Notes under the pieces: model-generated | What the model was told of the DNA's origin: nothing | The model's input: only the letters and a program-made list of their open reading frames with translations | Databases searched by the model: none | Made by a program: the position numbers and the translations under genes | Source of the DNA: Acidobacteriota bacterium | Lineage (GTDB): Bacteria > Acidobacteriota > UBA890 > WLXD01 | Assembly (NCBI GenBank): GCA_965205505.1 | Contig: CBDBHB010000009.1 | Span: forward strand, 1,792,001-1,856,000 | Direction of reading: 5' to 3' | Length of the DNA: 64,000 nt | Part shown: positions 41,120-52,563 of the stretch, piece by piece | How the letters are laid out: every line of letters starts with the position of its first letter | How positions within the stretch are numbered: position 1 is the first letter of the stretch

Positions 41120-41203
41120 CGTAGCCCCCGTCGTCGGCAACGTGAGCGCCTTGATCTCGTTTTCGAGTCAGCGCCGTCGATCCCGATTTCGATCGCCGCC
41201 TAG

Positions 41204-41474
41204 CAGGCCGTGGTGAAAGTGTGGTGGGTCTGGTTACGGCGAGTTGGGGCCAGATGCAAGGCGGCCTGACACTGGCGATGACCTAGCCATCGTCGAGGAA
41301 GGCCAACGCCGCAAATGGCCCCAAATCGCCGTAACCCTTCGGGCGACAGGGGGTTGCGCGCGTATGCTGCGTCGTTCCTCGTCAACGATGGGGTACCCAT
41401 CGCCTCCTCCTCTCTCCTTGCCTGCACTTCGCAAGTCCCTGTCGCCAGACCCACCACACTTTCACCACGGCCTG
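41204..41474. mobile_element. MITE family 1, complete copy B
   Basis: Perfect TIRs as in copy A; CTAG at 41200-41203 and 41475-41478; the second CTAG overlaps the comM stop codon. Confidence 0.93.
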
Positions 41475-43003
<1,529 letters not shown>

Positions 43004-43088
43004 AGGCCTCCTGGAGGGTGTAGACGGGGTCTTGTCGCGGGCCTCGGTCGGCAAAGTTCCTCGCCAGGAGACGGGCAGCGTAGGCTAG

Positions 43089-43564
<476 letters not shown>

Positions 43565-43600
43565 GCTGCGATGCGGCGCCCGCTAGGGCGGCTCCCCGTG

Positions 43601-45667
43601 CTATTGCCCGGTATTGATGGTGTCGCGGATTATCAACCGGTTACCGGGGAACAGCGTCGTGTTCGTGGCGATGCCGTTCCAGGCGCAGAGCTTCGCTACC
43701 GTCACGCCGAAGCGTTGCGCGATGCGGCCCAGCGTGTCGCCGCGCCGCACCGTATAGGTAGTGGCGATCGAGCTGCCGTCGGTGTGAAGGGTCAGCTTGT
43801 CGCCGGGATAGATGCGGCTCGACGATAGGCCGTTCCAGGCGCGTAGGTCGCGAAGTGACACTCCGTGCAGGCGTGCGATGGAGTCGAGAGTATCGCCGCG
43901 GCGCACGGTGTAGGCGAGCTCTTGTGTGCTGGCTGGACTCGAGGAGGCAGCACGATCGCGGGTGGCCGCAGCATCGGCAGGCTTGGCGGCCACGGCCGGC
44001 GCATTGCTCGTAGCACCGCCATAGTAGATGTCGAGGGTATCGCCCTGGCTGAGCCGATCGGACCGGAGCCCGTTCCACCGCTTCACGTCGGCCACCCTGG
44101 TGTCGTAGGCGCGTGCGATCAGCCACAGGCTCTCGCCCCGGCGAACGGTGTGCACGATCTTGTCGCCGCGCGCCACGCCCGAGCGTTGGACCAGCTCCGG
44201 GCGTACGCTGCTCGGCACCGCGACGCTGCCTGCCGCCTGCGCAACCGGAATCAAGAGCTTGGTGCCGGCACGAACGCGCCGCGGGTCGCGGATGCCGTTG
44301 TAGTCGGCGACGGCGCGCCAGGACAGACCGTAGTCGTCACCTATTTCCGATAGGGTCTCGCCGCGGCTGACAACATGCTCGACAACGCGCACGCGCTCGT
44401 CGACCGGGATGGCAGCGTAGGCAACGCGGAAGTCGCGCGCCCGGCCGGCGGGGACCCTCAAGGTGTACTCGGGAATCCTCGGCGTGGTACGGCGTAGCAG
44501 CTGTGGGTTCAGCTTCTGGATAGTCTCGAGCGTCGTGCCGGCGGCCTCGGCGATGACCTGGAGATCGGTCATCGAGTCGATGGTCACCTCGTCGAACACG
44601 AACGGTGGCTGCTCCTCGATCATGAAGTCGTAGCGCTCGGGCTCCGATCCGATGAGGATGGCGGCGAGGATCTTGGGAACGAACTCGCGCGTTTCGCGCG
44701 GTAGTGCCCGCGTGGCGGCCAGGCTCCAGAAGTCGGTGACGTTGGCACGCCGCAGGGCTCGCCCGACGCGGCCCTTGCCGCCGTTGTATGCGGCGATCGC
44801 CAGGTGCCAGTCTTCGAACTCGGCGTAGTAGTCGAGAATGAAGCGCGCGATGGCCGCCGTCGATTTCACCGGATCACGCCGCTCGTCGACGAAGTAGTCG
44901 ACGCGAAGGCCGTAGAGACGCGCGGTGGGCGCCATCAGCTGCCAGAGCCCCACCGCGCTGGCTCGCGATCGCACCACCGGCTTGAAGAGGCTTTCGATGA
45001 GCGGGATCCAGGCCAGCTCGGCGGGCACGCCGGCGTTGGCGAAGGTCTCGTTGATCAATGGTAGGTAACGCTGGGCGCGTTCGAGGCCGCCCTGGATGAC
45101 CTCACGGCGCTGAGTCGACAGGAACTTCACCGCTTCGATCACGCGCGGGTGGTCCGCTGGCACCGGGATGGTAAAGCGTGGCAGAGCCGGTAGCGTGTCG
45201 GCGAGGCGGGCACGGAGCATGTCGATCTCGGCGTTGCTGAGCACCGGGATCTCCTCGCTGGGGAGGTCGGGCGCGCTGGCTTCGACCGGGATCAGGTAGA
45301 CGTCGAGCTGTTCGGCGTCGACCCGGTTGACCACCCAATTGAAGGCGCTGCGGAATTCCGCCTCGTCGCCCTGCGGAATATCGGCCTCCATGAAAACGCT
45401 GATCGCGGCGTCGAAATGTTGCTGCGCGGCGGCTTCATCGCCGCCTCGAAGGGCGTAGATACCGAGACCGTAGTGACGGTCGGCCTCGACGCGGAGCTCT
45501 TCCACGGTGGGTTGGGGCGCTTCGATGGCCGTCGGCGGCACCAGCTCTGGCGGCGGTGCGGCGGCCTTGGAGCAACCCGCCGCGATGGCGGCAAGCAGAA
45601 CGAGTAGGGCAATGGCCGGTTTGCGACCCGCTGAGTCAGCGTCGCTGGAACAGGTCGTGTTCTTCAC
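43601..45667 (-). CDS. mltD: MltD-like lytic transglycosylase lipoprotein with LysM repeats (start approximate)
   Basis: Lipobox IAAGC; IPLIES, AVGLWQLM..TA, DERRDP, AAYNGG, LPRETREFVPK; four C-terminal (H/Y)xVxRG(D/E) LysM repeats. Confidence 0.88.
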   Translation of the reverse strand: MKNTTCSSDADSAGRKPAIALLVLLAAIAAGCSKAAAPPPELVPPTAIEAPQPTVEELRVEADRHYGLGIYALRGGDEAAAQQHFDAAISVFMEADIPQGDEAEFRSAFNWVVNRVDAEQLDVYLIPVEASAPDLPSEEIPVLSNAEIDMLRARLADTLPALPRFTIPVPADHPRVIEAVKFLSTQRREVIQGGLERAQRYLPLINETFANAGVPAELAWIPLIESLFKPVVRSRASAVGLWQLMAPTARLYGLRVDYFVDERRDPVKSTAAIARFILDYYAEFEDWHLAIAAYNGGKGRVGRALRRANVTDFWSLAATRALPRETREFVPKILAAILIGSEPERYDFMIEEQPPFVFDEVTIDSMTDLQVIAEAAGTTLETIQKLNPQLLRRTTPRIPEYTLRVPAGRARDFRVAYAAIPVDERVRVVEHVVSRGETLSEIGDDYGLSWRAVADYNGIRDPRRVRAGTKLLIPVAQAAGSVAVPSSVRPELVQRSGVARGDKIVHTVRRGESLWLIARAYDTRVADVKRWNGLRSDRLSQGDTLDIYYGGATSNAPAVAAKPADAAATRDRAASSSPASTQELAYTVRRGDTLDSIARLHGVSLRDLRAWNGLSSSRIYPGDKLTLHTDGSSIATTYTVRRGDTLGRIAQRFGVTVAKLCAWNGIATNTTLFPGNRLIIRDTINTGQ

Positions 45668-47468
45668 CAAACTCGTACGCCAGGGGAGTGATGATGGTCT
45701 GTGGGCCGATGCGTATGGTCTCGCCGCGGTCGAGCGCACGTCGTACGTCCGCTTCTGCAACGAAGTCGACAGGTGTAGCAACCGTTGCCCTTCCCGCCTC
45801 CCGCTCCTGGTCCATCGGTCGGTTTGTCGGAGTCGCCGCGTACGCCCCGCGCGATGACTCTGGCTTCGTCTTGCCCACGGTTGCAGAGTCACCGTGCTGG
45901 CATATAGGACAACCGCAGCTGTCCCCATGGGCGGCAGCTTTACCCACGCCCGGGATACTGGTTGCCGGAGCGATTATACCCCTGCCGCGCAGAAACTCAC
46001 CGACCTGCCCCTCCAGGTCGTCGTGGCGCGCCGCCGCTGCGATCGCCTCGGGTGCAGCCTCCCGCCGTTGCGCAGCGGCTCGCGGTGAGGTGGATGAGGA
46101 ACTGCGAAACGGTCGTTTCCCATACGCCAGGCGTTTGATGTTGATCAGGTGCTGGGGGCCAATGTTGTCGGAAGTGATGTTGTTGCCCCAGGACCCACAG
46201 CCCAGCGTCATCGATGGGAACAACCCGGTGGTCAGACCCACGGCGCCGACTGCGGCGACGGTGTTGACAAGTACACGATGCGCCGGTTTGTGCAGACCGA
46301 ACTCCAGCACCACGGAGTCATCCTGGGAATGGATCACCATCGTGTGTCCCTGGCCGCCGAACTCCAGCAGCTGCCGGCAGCGTTCGCAGCCCTCCTTCCA
46401 GTCCTCGACCTCGTAGAACGCCAGCACCGGCGAGAGCTTCTCGTGCGATAACGGATAGTCGCGCCCGACCCCATTCTGCGGGCACATCAGCACCCGCGTT
46501 CCGGTTGGCACATCGATGCCCGCAGCTTCGGCGACGGTCGCCGCGGTCTGGCCCACCAGCGCAGTGTTGACGAGCAGCTTGTCGGTGATCAGCACCGACG
46601 CCAGCCGCTCGCACTCGTCCGGCGACAGGAAGTGTCCGCCTTCGACCTGCACCGCGGCGACGACGCGGTCGCGAATGCCCCGGTCGCAGATGAGCGCCTG
46701 CTCCGACGAGCACAGCGTACCGTTGTCGAATGTGGTGCCGGCAATGATGTCGGCAACTGCCTGCTCGACGTCGGCGCTGCGCTCGACGTAGGCGGGCACG
46801 TTGCCAGGCCCGACGCCGTATGCCGGTTTGCCGGCCGAGTACGCCGAACGCACCATCGCCATGCCGCCGGTTGCCAGAATCACGTCGATATTGCGGTCGT
46901 GCATGAGCTCGCGCGTGCCTTCCATCGTCACCACCGTCATGCAGCCGATGATGTTTCGGGGAGCCCCGGCGGCAACCGTAGCCTCGTGCATCACGTCGGT
47001 GGCAGACTTGACGCACGCCTTGGCATTAGGGTGCGGTGACAGCACCACGCCGCAACGCGCCTTCAAGGCGATGAGAGTCTTGAACATCGCCGTCGACGTG
47101 GGGTTCGTGGTGGGGATGATCGCCGCCACCACACCCACCGGCTCGGCGATCTCCCGCACGCTCGCTGCCGAGTCCTCGCGGATCACCCCGACGGTACGCA
47201 TGCCGCGCATCGCCTCGACGACTTGCTCGAGCACGAAGTTGTTCTTGGCGATCTTGTCGTCGACGTTGCCGTAGCCGGTCTCCTCGACCGCCATCGCCGC
47301 CAGGCGGGCGCTCTCGCGCAGGCCTGCCGAGGCCATCGCTTCGACAATCGCGTCGACCTGTTCCTGCGAGGCCTGCTCCAGCTGTGCCTGTGCGGCGGCG
47401 GCGGCACGGGTGAGCGCGCGCACCTCGTGAATCGATCGCAGGTCGCGATCCAGGTCCGGCAGACTCAT
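45636..47468 (-). CDS. EutE/PduP-like CoA-acylating aldehyde dehydrogenase with C-terminal extension
   Basis: IPTTNPTST, LATGG, GVGPGN, FDNGTLCSSEQ, EKLSPVL, PSMTLGCG; about 150-aa tail. Confidence 0.92.
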   Translation of the reverse strand: MSLPDLDRDLRSIHEVRALTRAAAAAQAQLEQASQEQVDAIVEAMASAGLRESARLAAMAVEETGYGNVDDKIAKNNFVLEQVVEAMRGMRTVGVIREDSAASVREIAEPVGVVAAIIPTTNPTSTAMFKTLIALKARCGVVLSPHPNAKACVKSATDVMHEATVAAGAPRNIIGCMTVVTMEGTRELMHDRNIDVILATGGMAMVRSAYSAGKPAYGVGPGNVPAYVERSADVEQAVADIIAGTTFDNGTLCSSEQALICDRGIRDRVVAAVQVEGGHFLSPDECERLASVLITDKLLVNTALVGQTAATVAEAAGIDVPTGTRVLMCPQNGVGRDYPLSHEKLSPVLAFYEVEDWKEGCERCRQLLEFGGQGHTMVIHSQDDSVVLEFGLHKPAHRVLVNTVAAVGAVGLTTGLFPSMTLGCGSWGNNITSDNIGPQHLINIKRLAYGKRPFRSSSSTSPRAAAQRREAAPEAIAAAARHDDLEGQVGEFLRGRGIIAPATSIPGVGKAAAHGDSCGCPICQHGDSATVGKTKPESSRGAYAATPTNRPMDQEREAGRATVATPVDFVAEADVRRALDRGETIRIGPQTIITPLAYEFGEEHDLFQRR

Positions 47469-47537
47469 CGACGAGGCCTACGCCCCGACGGTTCGTTCAG
47501 GCGCCCCCGCATTGCTCGAGGCCTGACTCCGGGTCGG

Positions 47538-47846
47538 CTACTTCTTCTTCGGGTCCGGCTGCAGGTCGGTTGCCGGCAGGATCTTCTCGACTTCATCGTG
47601 TGGTCGCGGGATGACGTGCACGGCCACCAGCTCGCCGACACGCCGCGCCGCGGCTGCTCCGGCGTCGGTGGCAGCCTTCACCGCTCCCACGTCGCCGCGC
47701 ACCATCACGGTGACGAATGCGGCGCCGATCTGCTCGCGCCCGATCAGCTGGACGTTCGCCGCCTTCACCATTGCGTCGGCTGCTTCGATCGAGGCAATCA
47801 GACCGCGGGTTTCCACCATGCCCAGCGCTTCGTAGGAAATTGACAT
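47538..47846 (-). CDS. BMC-H bacterial microcompartment shell protein (EutM/PduA-like)
   Basis: [37 protein letters not shown]. Confidence 0.96.
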   Translation of the reverse strand: MSISYEALGMVETRGLIASIEAADAMVKAANVQLIGREQIGAAFVTVMVRGDVGAVKAATDAGAAAARRVGELVAVHVIPRPHDEVEKILPATDLQPDPKKK

Positions 47847-48097
47847 GCGTCACTCCATGCAGGGGCCGCACCCCGCTGGCCCCGTATATTTCCGGCTTCC
47901 TCGAGCCCGTGAACCCACAGCCTGCTCGGGCCGCGAATCCGACCTGCCGGAACGGCCGGAAGGTAGCATGGGAGTGCTGCTAGCGGTAGACTGGGCCGTC
48001 ACGGCCTAAGGGGACGGGAGGCCGTAACCGCGCGCGATTCGGCTGGCCACCACCGCCCTTGCTTCCCCGCGACCGCGATACTTTTCGGAGGAGTTTC

Positions 48098-49003
48098 ATG
48101 CCCACACCGTTGTTCCGTGAGCGCCCGCGGCCAGCACTGACCGTCTTCGCCCTCGCTCTTGTTGCCGCCGTGGCCTCTGCTGCCTGTGCCGCTGACGAGA
48201 CGCTGCAGGTCGACGTCCAGGTGCAGCTAGACCTACCCGAGAGCGTGGCGCTCGGAGAGCCGTTGGATATCGGGTTCGTATGGACGCCGGCCAGCGAGTT
48301 CGGCGCTCCTGCCGACGACTACCGGGTCTTCGTCCACATGATCGATCCGGACGGAAATATTCTTCTGCAAGACGATCACTACCCGCCCCAACCTACCAGC
48401 CAGTGGCGTGCAGGCCAGGTCGAGGAGTACAGGCGCTGGTATGACCCGCCGAACTCGATCGAGGCCGAGTACCTGGACTTCGTGGTCGGTCTCTACTCAG
48501 CGGACATGCGTACTCGCATCCGCGACACCGACGGTGACTGGGTAGAGGGTGTGCAGGTACATCGCGTGACGGTGCGCGCCGACGACGTTTCGGGGATTCC
48601 GCTCTACATGGAAGGCTGGCATCCTCCGGAGCGAGTCGAGGAGCCCGGGCCGCGCGAGCCGCGCGAGTGGCGCTGGAGTCAGCAAACTGCCCGCGCCGTG
48701 TTCACCAACCCACACAAGGATGCGGTATTGCATCTGCGCGCACACGGGCCGTTCGACGAGGTCGGCGCGCAGGTAGTGGTGCTCCGCATCGGCGACAACG
48801 AGGTGGCCAACGTCGCGGTCAACGGCGCCGATGAGTTTCTCGAGCGCATCGTGATCCTGGCCTCGGCCATGGGTGACAACGAGTGGGTGGAGCTGAACCT
48901 CGAGGTGACGCCAGCTCTGGTGCCGCAAGAGCTCGATCCGAGCTCGCAGGACGATCGTGAGCTGGGGCTGCAAGTGTTTTCGATGTACCTGTCGTCCTCC
49001 TGA
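48098..49003 (+). CDS. Hypothetical exported protein
   Basis: GGAGG RBS, signal peptide, DYRVFVH..QDDH.P..TSQW, WRWS, RELG motifs; function unknown. Confidence 0.75.
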   Translation: MPTPLFRERPRPALTVFALALVAAVASAACAADETLQVDVQVQLDLPESVALGEPLDIGFVWTPASEFGAPADDYRVFVHMIDPDGNILLQDDHYPPQPTSQWRAGQVEEYRRWYDPPNSIEAEYLDFVVGLYSADMRTRIRDTDGDWVEGVQVHRVTVRADDVSGIPLYMEGWHPPERVEEPGPREPREWRWSQQTARAVFTNPHKDAVLHLRAHGPFDEVGAQVVVLRIGDNEVANVAVNGADEFLERIVILASAMGDNEWVELNLEVTPALVPQELDPSSQDDRELGLQVFSMYLSSS

Positions 49004-49027
49004 AACGGTGGTGGGGCTGCCGTCTCA

Positions 49028-50158
<1,131 letters not shown>

Positions 50159-50317
50159 CTACGCGCCCGGCGCGCTGCCGGGTCCGGCGGTCTTCTCGGG
50201 ATGCTCGAACGTCGAGTCGCCCGTCGAGAACACCTTGCGGAAGCAGAAGATCACCAGGCCGAAGATGAAGACCCAGGCGAGGATCAGGAACGTCCAGCCT
50301 GCTGCGGTCATGCCCAT
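50159..50317 (-). CDS. Small single-TM protein, MetS-like NSS transporter small subunit
   Basis: Not in the ORF track (52 aa). MGMTAAGWTFLILAWVFIFGLVIFCFRKVFS...; GGAG RBS, directly after the NSS gene. Confidence 0.75.
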   Translation of the reverse strand: MGMTAAGWTFLILAWVFIFGLVIFCFRKVFSTGDSTFEHPEKTAGPGSAPGA

Positions 50318-50332
50318 CAGCGTGCTCCCGGG

Positions 50333-51913
50333 TTAGGCCGCGTCAGCGGTCGAGTGGTTGCGCCAGGCGTAGGAAACAGCGACGCAGAAAGCCAGGAAGA
50401 TGCCGATCATTGTTAGCCGGGCGGCGCGCACGTAGGGTACGAAGTCCGGGTTGACGCCCTCGTAGCGGAGCACCGGCGGCAGGATCTGGAGGATCCAGCT
50501 GCCGAGGATCACCAGCAGCATCGCTGGCGTCACGTACTTGATGATGAAACGGAAGATCACCGGCACCTGCAGATCGGCACCGGTGGTGAGTTCCTTCCAG
50601 CCCTTGTCGATGCCGAATACCCAGCCAAACAGGATGATCTCGATGGTGGCGAACACCACCAGGCCGAAGGTGCCGGCCCAGAAATCGAACTCGCTCAGAA
50701 AGCCCTGCTGGTTGTAGAAGATCACCGGCTGACAGCCCACGAAGACGATCGCGCCGAGCACCACCGCGGCCTTTTGCCGGGTCATGCGGAACTCCTCCTG
50801 CAGAAACGCCATGATCGGCTGGCCCATGGCCAGCGACGAAGTAATGCCGGCGAAGAACAGCAGGGCAAACCACATTGCCCCAAAGAACTGCCCCGCCGGA
50901 ATCTGTTGGAAGAGCGTTGGCATGAGCGCGAACGGCAGGTCGAAGCCGCTGCTGGCGAGCTCCAAAGTCCGGTCGAGCCCGAAGAAAGCCACCGCGGCGG
51001 GAATCGCCAGCGTGCCACCAAGCACCACCTCGGCAAACTCGTTGGTCGCCGCCGTTGCCAGGCCGGTCAGGGCGACGTCGTCCTTCTCGCGCAGATAGCT
51101 GGCGTAACAGTGAATCGATCCCAGGCCCAGGCTGAGGGTGAAGAACACCTGGCCGGCTGCCGCCAGCCACACGGTGGGGCTGGTAAGCAGCTCCGGCACC
51201 GGGTTCCAGGTGAAGCCCATACCAGCGCTGATGCTGTAGTCCGGCAGCGCCGGGTCCGGAGTCCCCAGGGTAAGCACTCGGATGACAAGCACGATGGCGA
51301 ATATGAACAGCGTCGGCAGGGCGATCCGGGCGACCGCCTCGATGCCCCCCGACACGCCCTTCGAGAGAATCCAGACGTTGGCCAACAGGGTCACCGCGAA
51401 CAGCACCCAGGCCCAGGTCACCGACGTGAAGTAGGTGATCCCGGCGCCCGACACGGCCGGATCGCTCATGTCGATGGGGATGCCGTGGTAGCTGCGCAGG
51501 AAGGCCAGCATGGGCTCGAACTCGGCTGCACCCCAGTACGAGCCGGTGGCGGTGAAGATGGTGTAGCCGAGCGACCACGACTCGATGTAGGTGTAGTAGA
51601 TCATCACCACGAGCGGCATGAACAGGCCCAGCACCCCCACGTACTTCGCCGCCGGGTGGTCCCAGATCCTGGCCATCATGCCGGGCGTCGAAGAGTGCCC
51701 GTAGCGGCCGCCGTAGCGCCCGATCGACCACTCCACCCACATCAGCGGAATGCCCAGCAGCAAGAAGCAGATGAAGTAGGGGACCATGAAGGCGCCGCCG
51801 CCGTTCGACGCGGCCTGAACCGGGAAGCGCAGGAAATTGCCCAGCCCGACGGCGTTGCCCGCCATTGCCAGGATCAACCCGACCCTGGTGGCCCAGCGTT
51901 CTCTGTCAGTCAT
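50333..51913 (-). CDS. LeuT-like neurotransmitter:sodium symporter (NSS) family transporter
   Basis: RERWATRVGLILAMAGNAVGLGNFLRFP, GGGAFMVPY, AAAGQVFFTLSLG, FFAGITSS. Confidence 0.96.
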   Translation of the reverse strand: MTDRERWATRVGLILAMAGNAVGLGNFLRFPVQAASNGGGAFMVPYFICFLLLGIPLMWVEWSIGRYGGRYGHSSTPGMMARIWDHPAAKYVGVLGLFMPLVVMIYYTYIESWSLGYTIFTATGSYWGAAEFEPMLAFLRSYHGIPIDMSDPAVSGAGITYFTSVTWAWVLFAVTLLANVWILSKGVSGGIEAVARIALPTLFIFAIVLVIRVLTLGTPDPALPDYSISAGMGFTWNPVPELLTSPTVWLAAAGQVFFTLSLGLGSIHCYASYLREKDDVALTGLATAATNEFAEVVLGGTLAIPAAVAFFGLDRTLELASSGFDLPFALMPTLFQQIPAGQFFGAMWFALLFFAGITSSLAMGQPIMAFLQEEFRMTRQKAAVVLGAIVFVGCQPVIFYNQQGFLSEFDFWAGTFGLVVFATIEIILFGWVFGIDKGWKELTTGADLQVPVIFRFIIKYVTPAMLLVILGSWILQILPPVLRYEGVNPDFVPYVRAARLTMIGIFLAFCVAVSYAWRNHSTADAA

Positions 51914-52011
51914 GCGCAGGCTCCCGTACTGGGAAAAACCGCCGAGAATTCAGGCCCCGAACGGGGCTTTGTCGGCCTGAGATCGCCGGCTACTATAGCA
52001 AATAAACCTGT

Positions 52012-52040
52012 TTGACTGGTCAGAAGGCACGGGCTATAAG
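52012..52040 (+). promoter_or_regulatory. Sigma70-type promoter for tRNA-Phe
   Basis: TTGACT (52012-52017), 17-nt spacer, TATAAG (52035-52040). Confidence 0.6.
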
Positions 52041-52119
52041 GTCTCGGTCCGTGGGTAAGATTGCGCTGCATCGAGTCCGATGCGCCCGGACCGCAGACCC
52101 CCCGCCAAACGTCGTTGGT

Positions 52120-52192
52120 GGGCTCGTAGCTCAGTCGGTAGAGCGAGGGCCTGAAAAGCCCTGCGTCGGTGGTTCAATTCCGCCCGAGCCCA
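52120..52192 (+). tRNA. tRNA-Phe (GAA)
   Basis: Acceptor stem GGGCTCG/CGAGCCC, D arm AGCTCAGTCGGTAGAGC, anticodon loop CTGAAAA, T arm GGTTCAATTCC; CCA not encoded. Confidence 0.96.
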
Positions 52193-52563
52193 CCTCAATA
52201 ACCCCGCGCTTTCCTAGCTATTTCGGGGTTTCAGCACTACCCGCAGGCGACACCCGTTTCCACCATACGGGGTCATACGGGACCATATTTGACCCCAAAA
52301 CTGGCACCAAACTGACACCACACCTGGTGAGGGGTTCGTTTCACCCGGTCTTGGCGTCGAAGTGAAGCGCCTGGTTGCCGTCTGGATCCTTCTTCGTTGT
52401 CTCGGCCGCTGGCTCCGGGGACGCTGTCCCGAATGTGGCTCGGGCCCTCCTGACTACCTCGGCATCGGAGAACCTCGTGCCCTCGGTGTGGCTATCCGTC
52501 CGACTGGGGGTGGGGCTAATGGGGCGCCGACGCAGTATGTGTGGACGGTCGGTTGCGCTGGTC

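Noticed and set aside
41200-41457. Similar small ORFs (also 28709-29002 and part of 37681-37980) suggesting a small protein family
   Set aside because: They are translations of the MITE; frames differ between copies.
28703-41474. Repeated sequences considered as a CRISPR array or integron attC sites
   Set aside because: They are dispersed, with TIRs and CTAG duplications. There is no regular repeat-spacer period, no cas or intI gene, and no clear RYYYAAC/GTTRRRY pairs.
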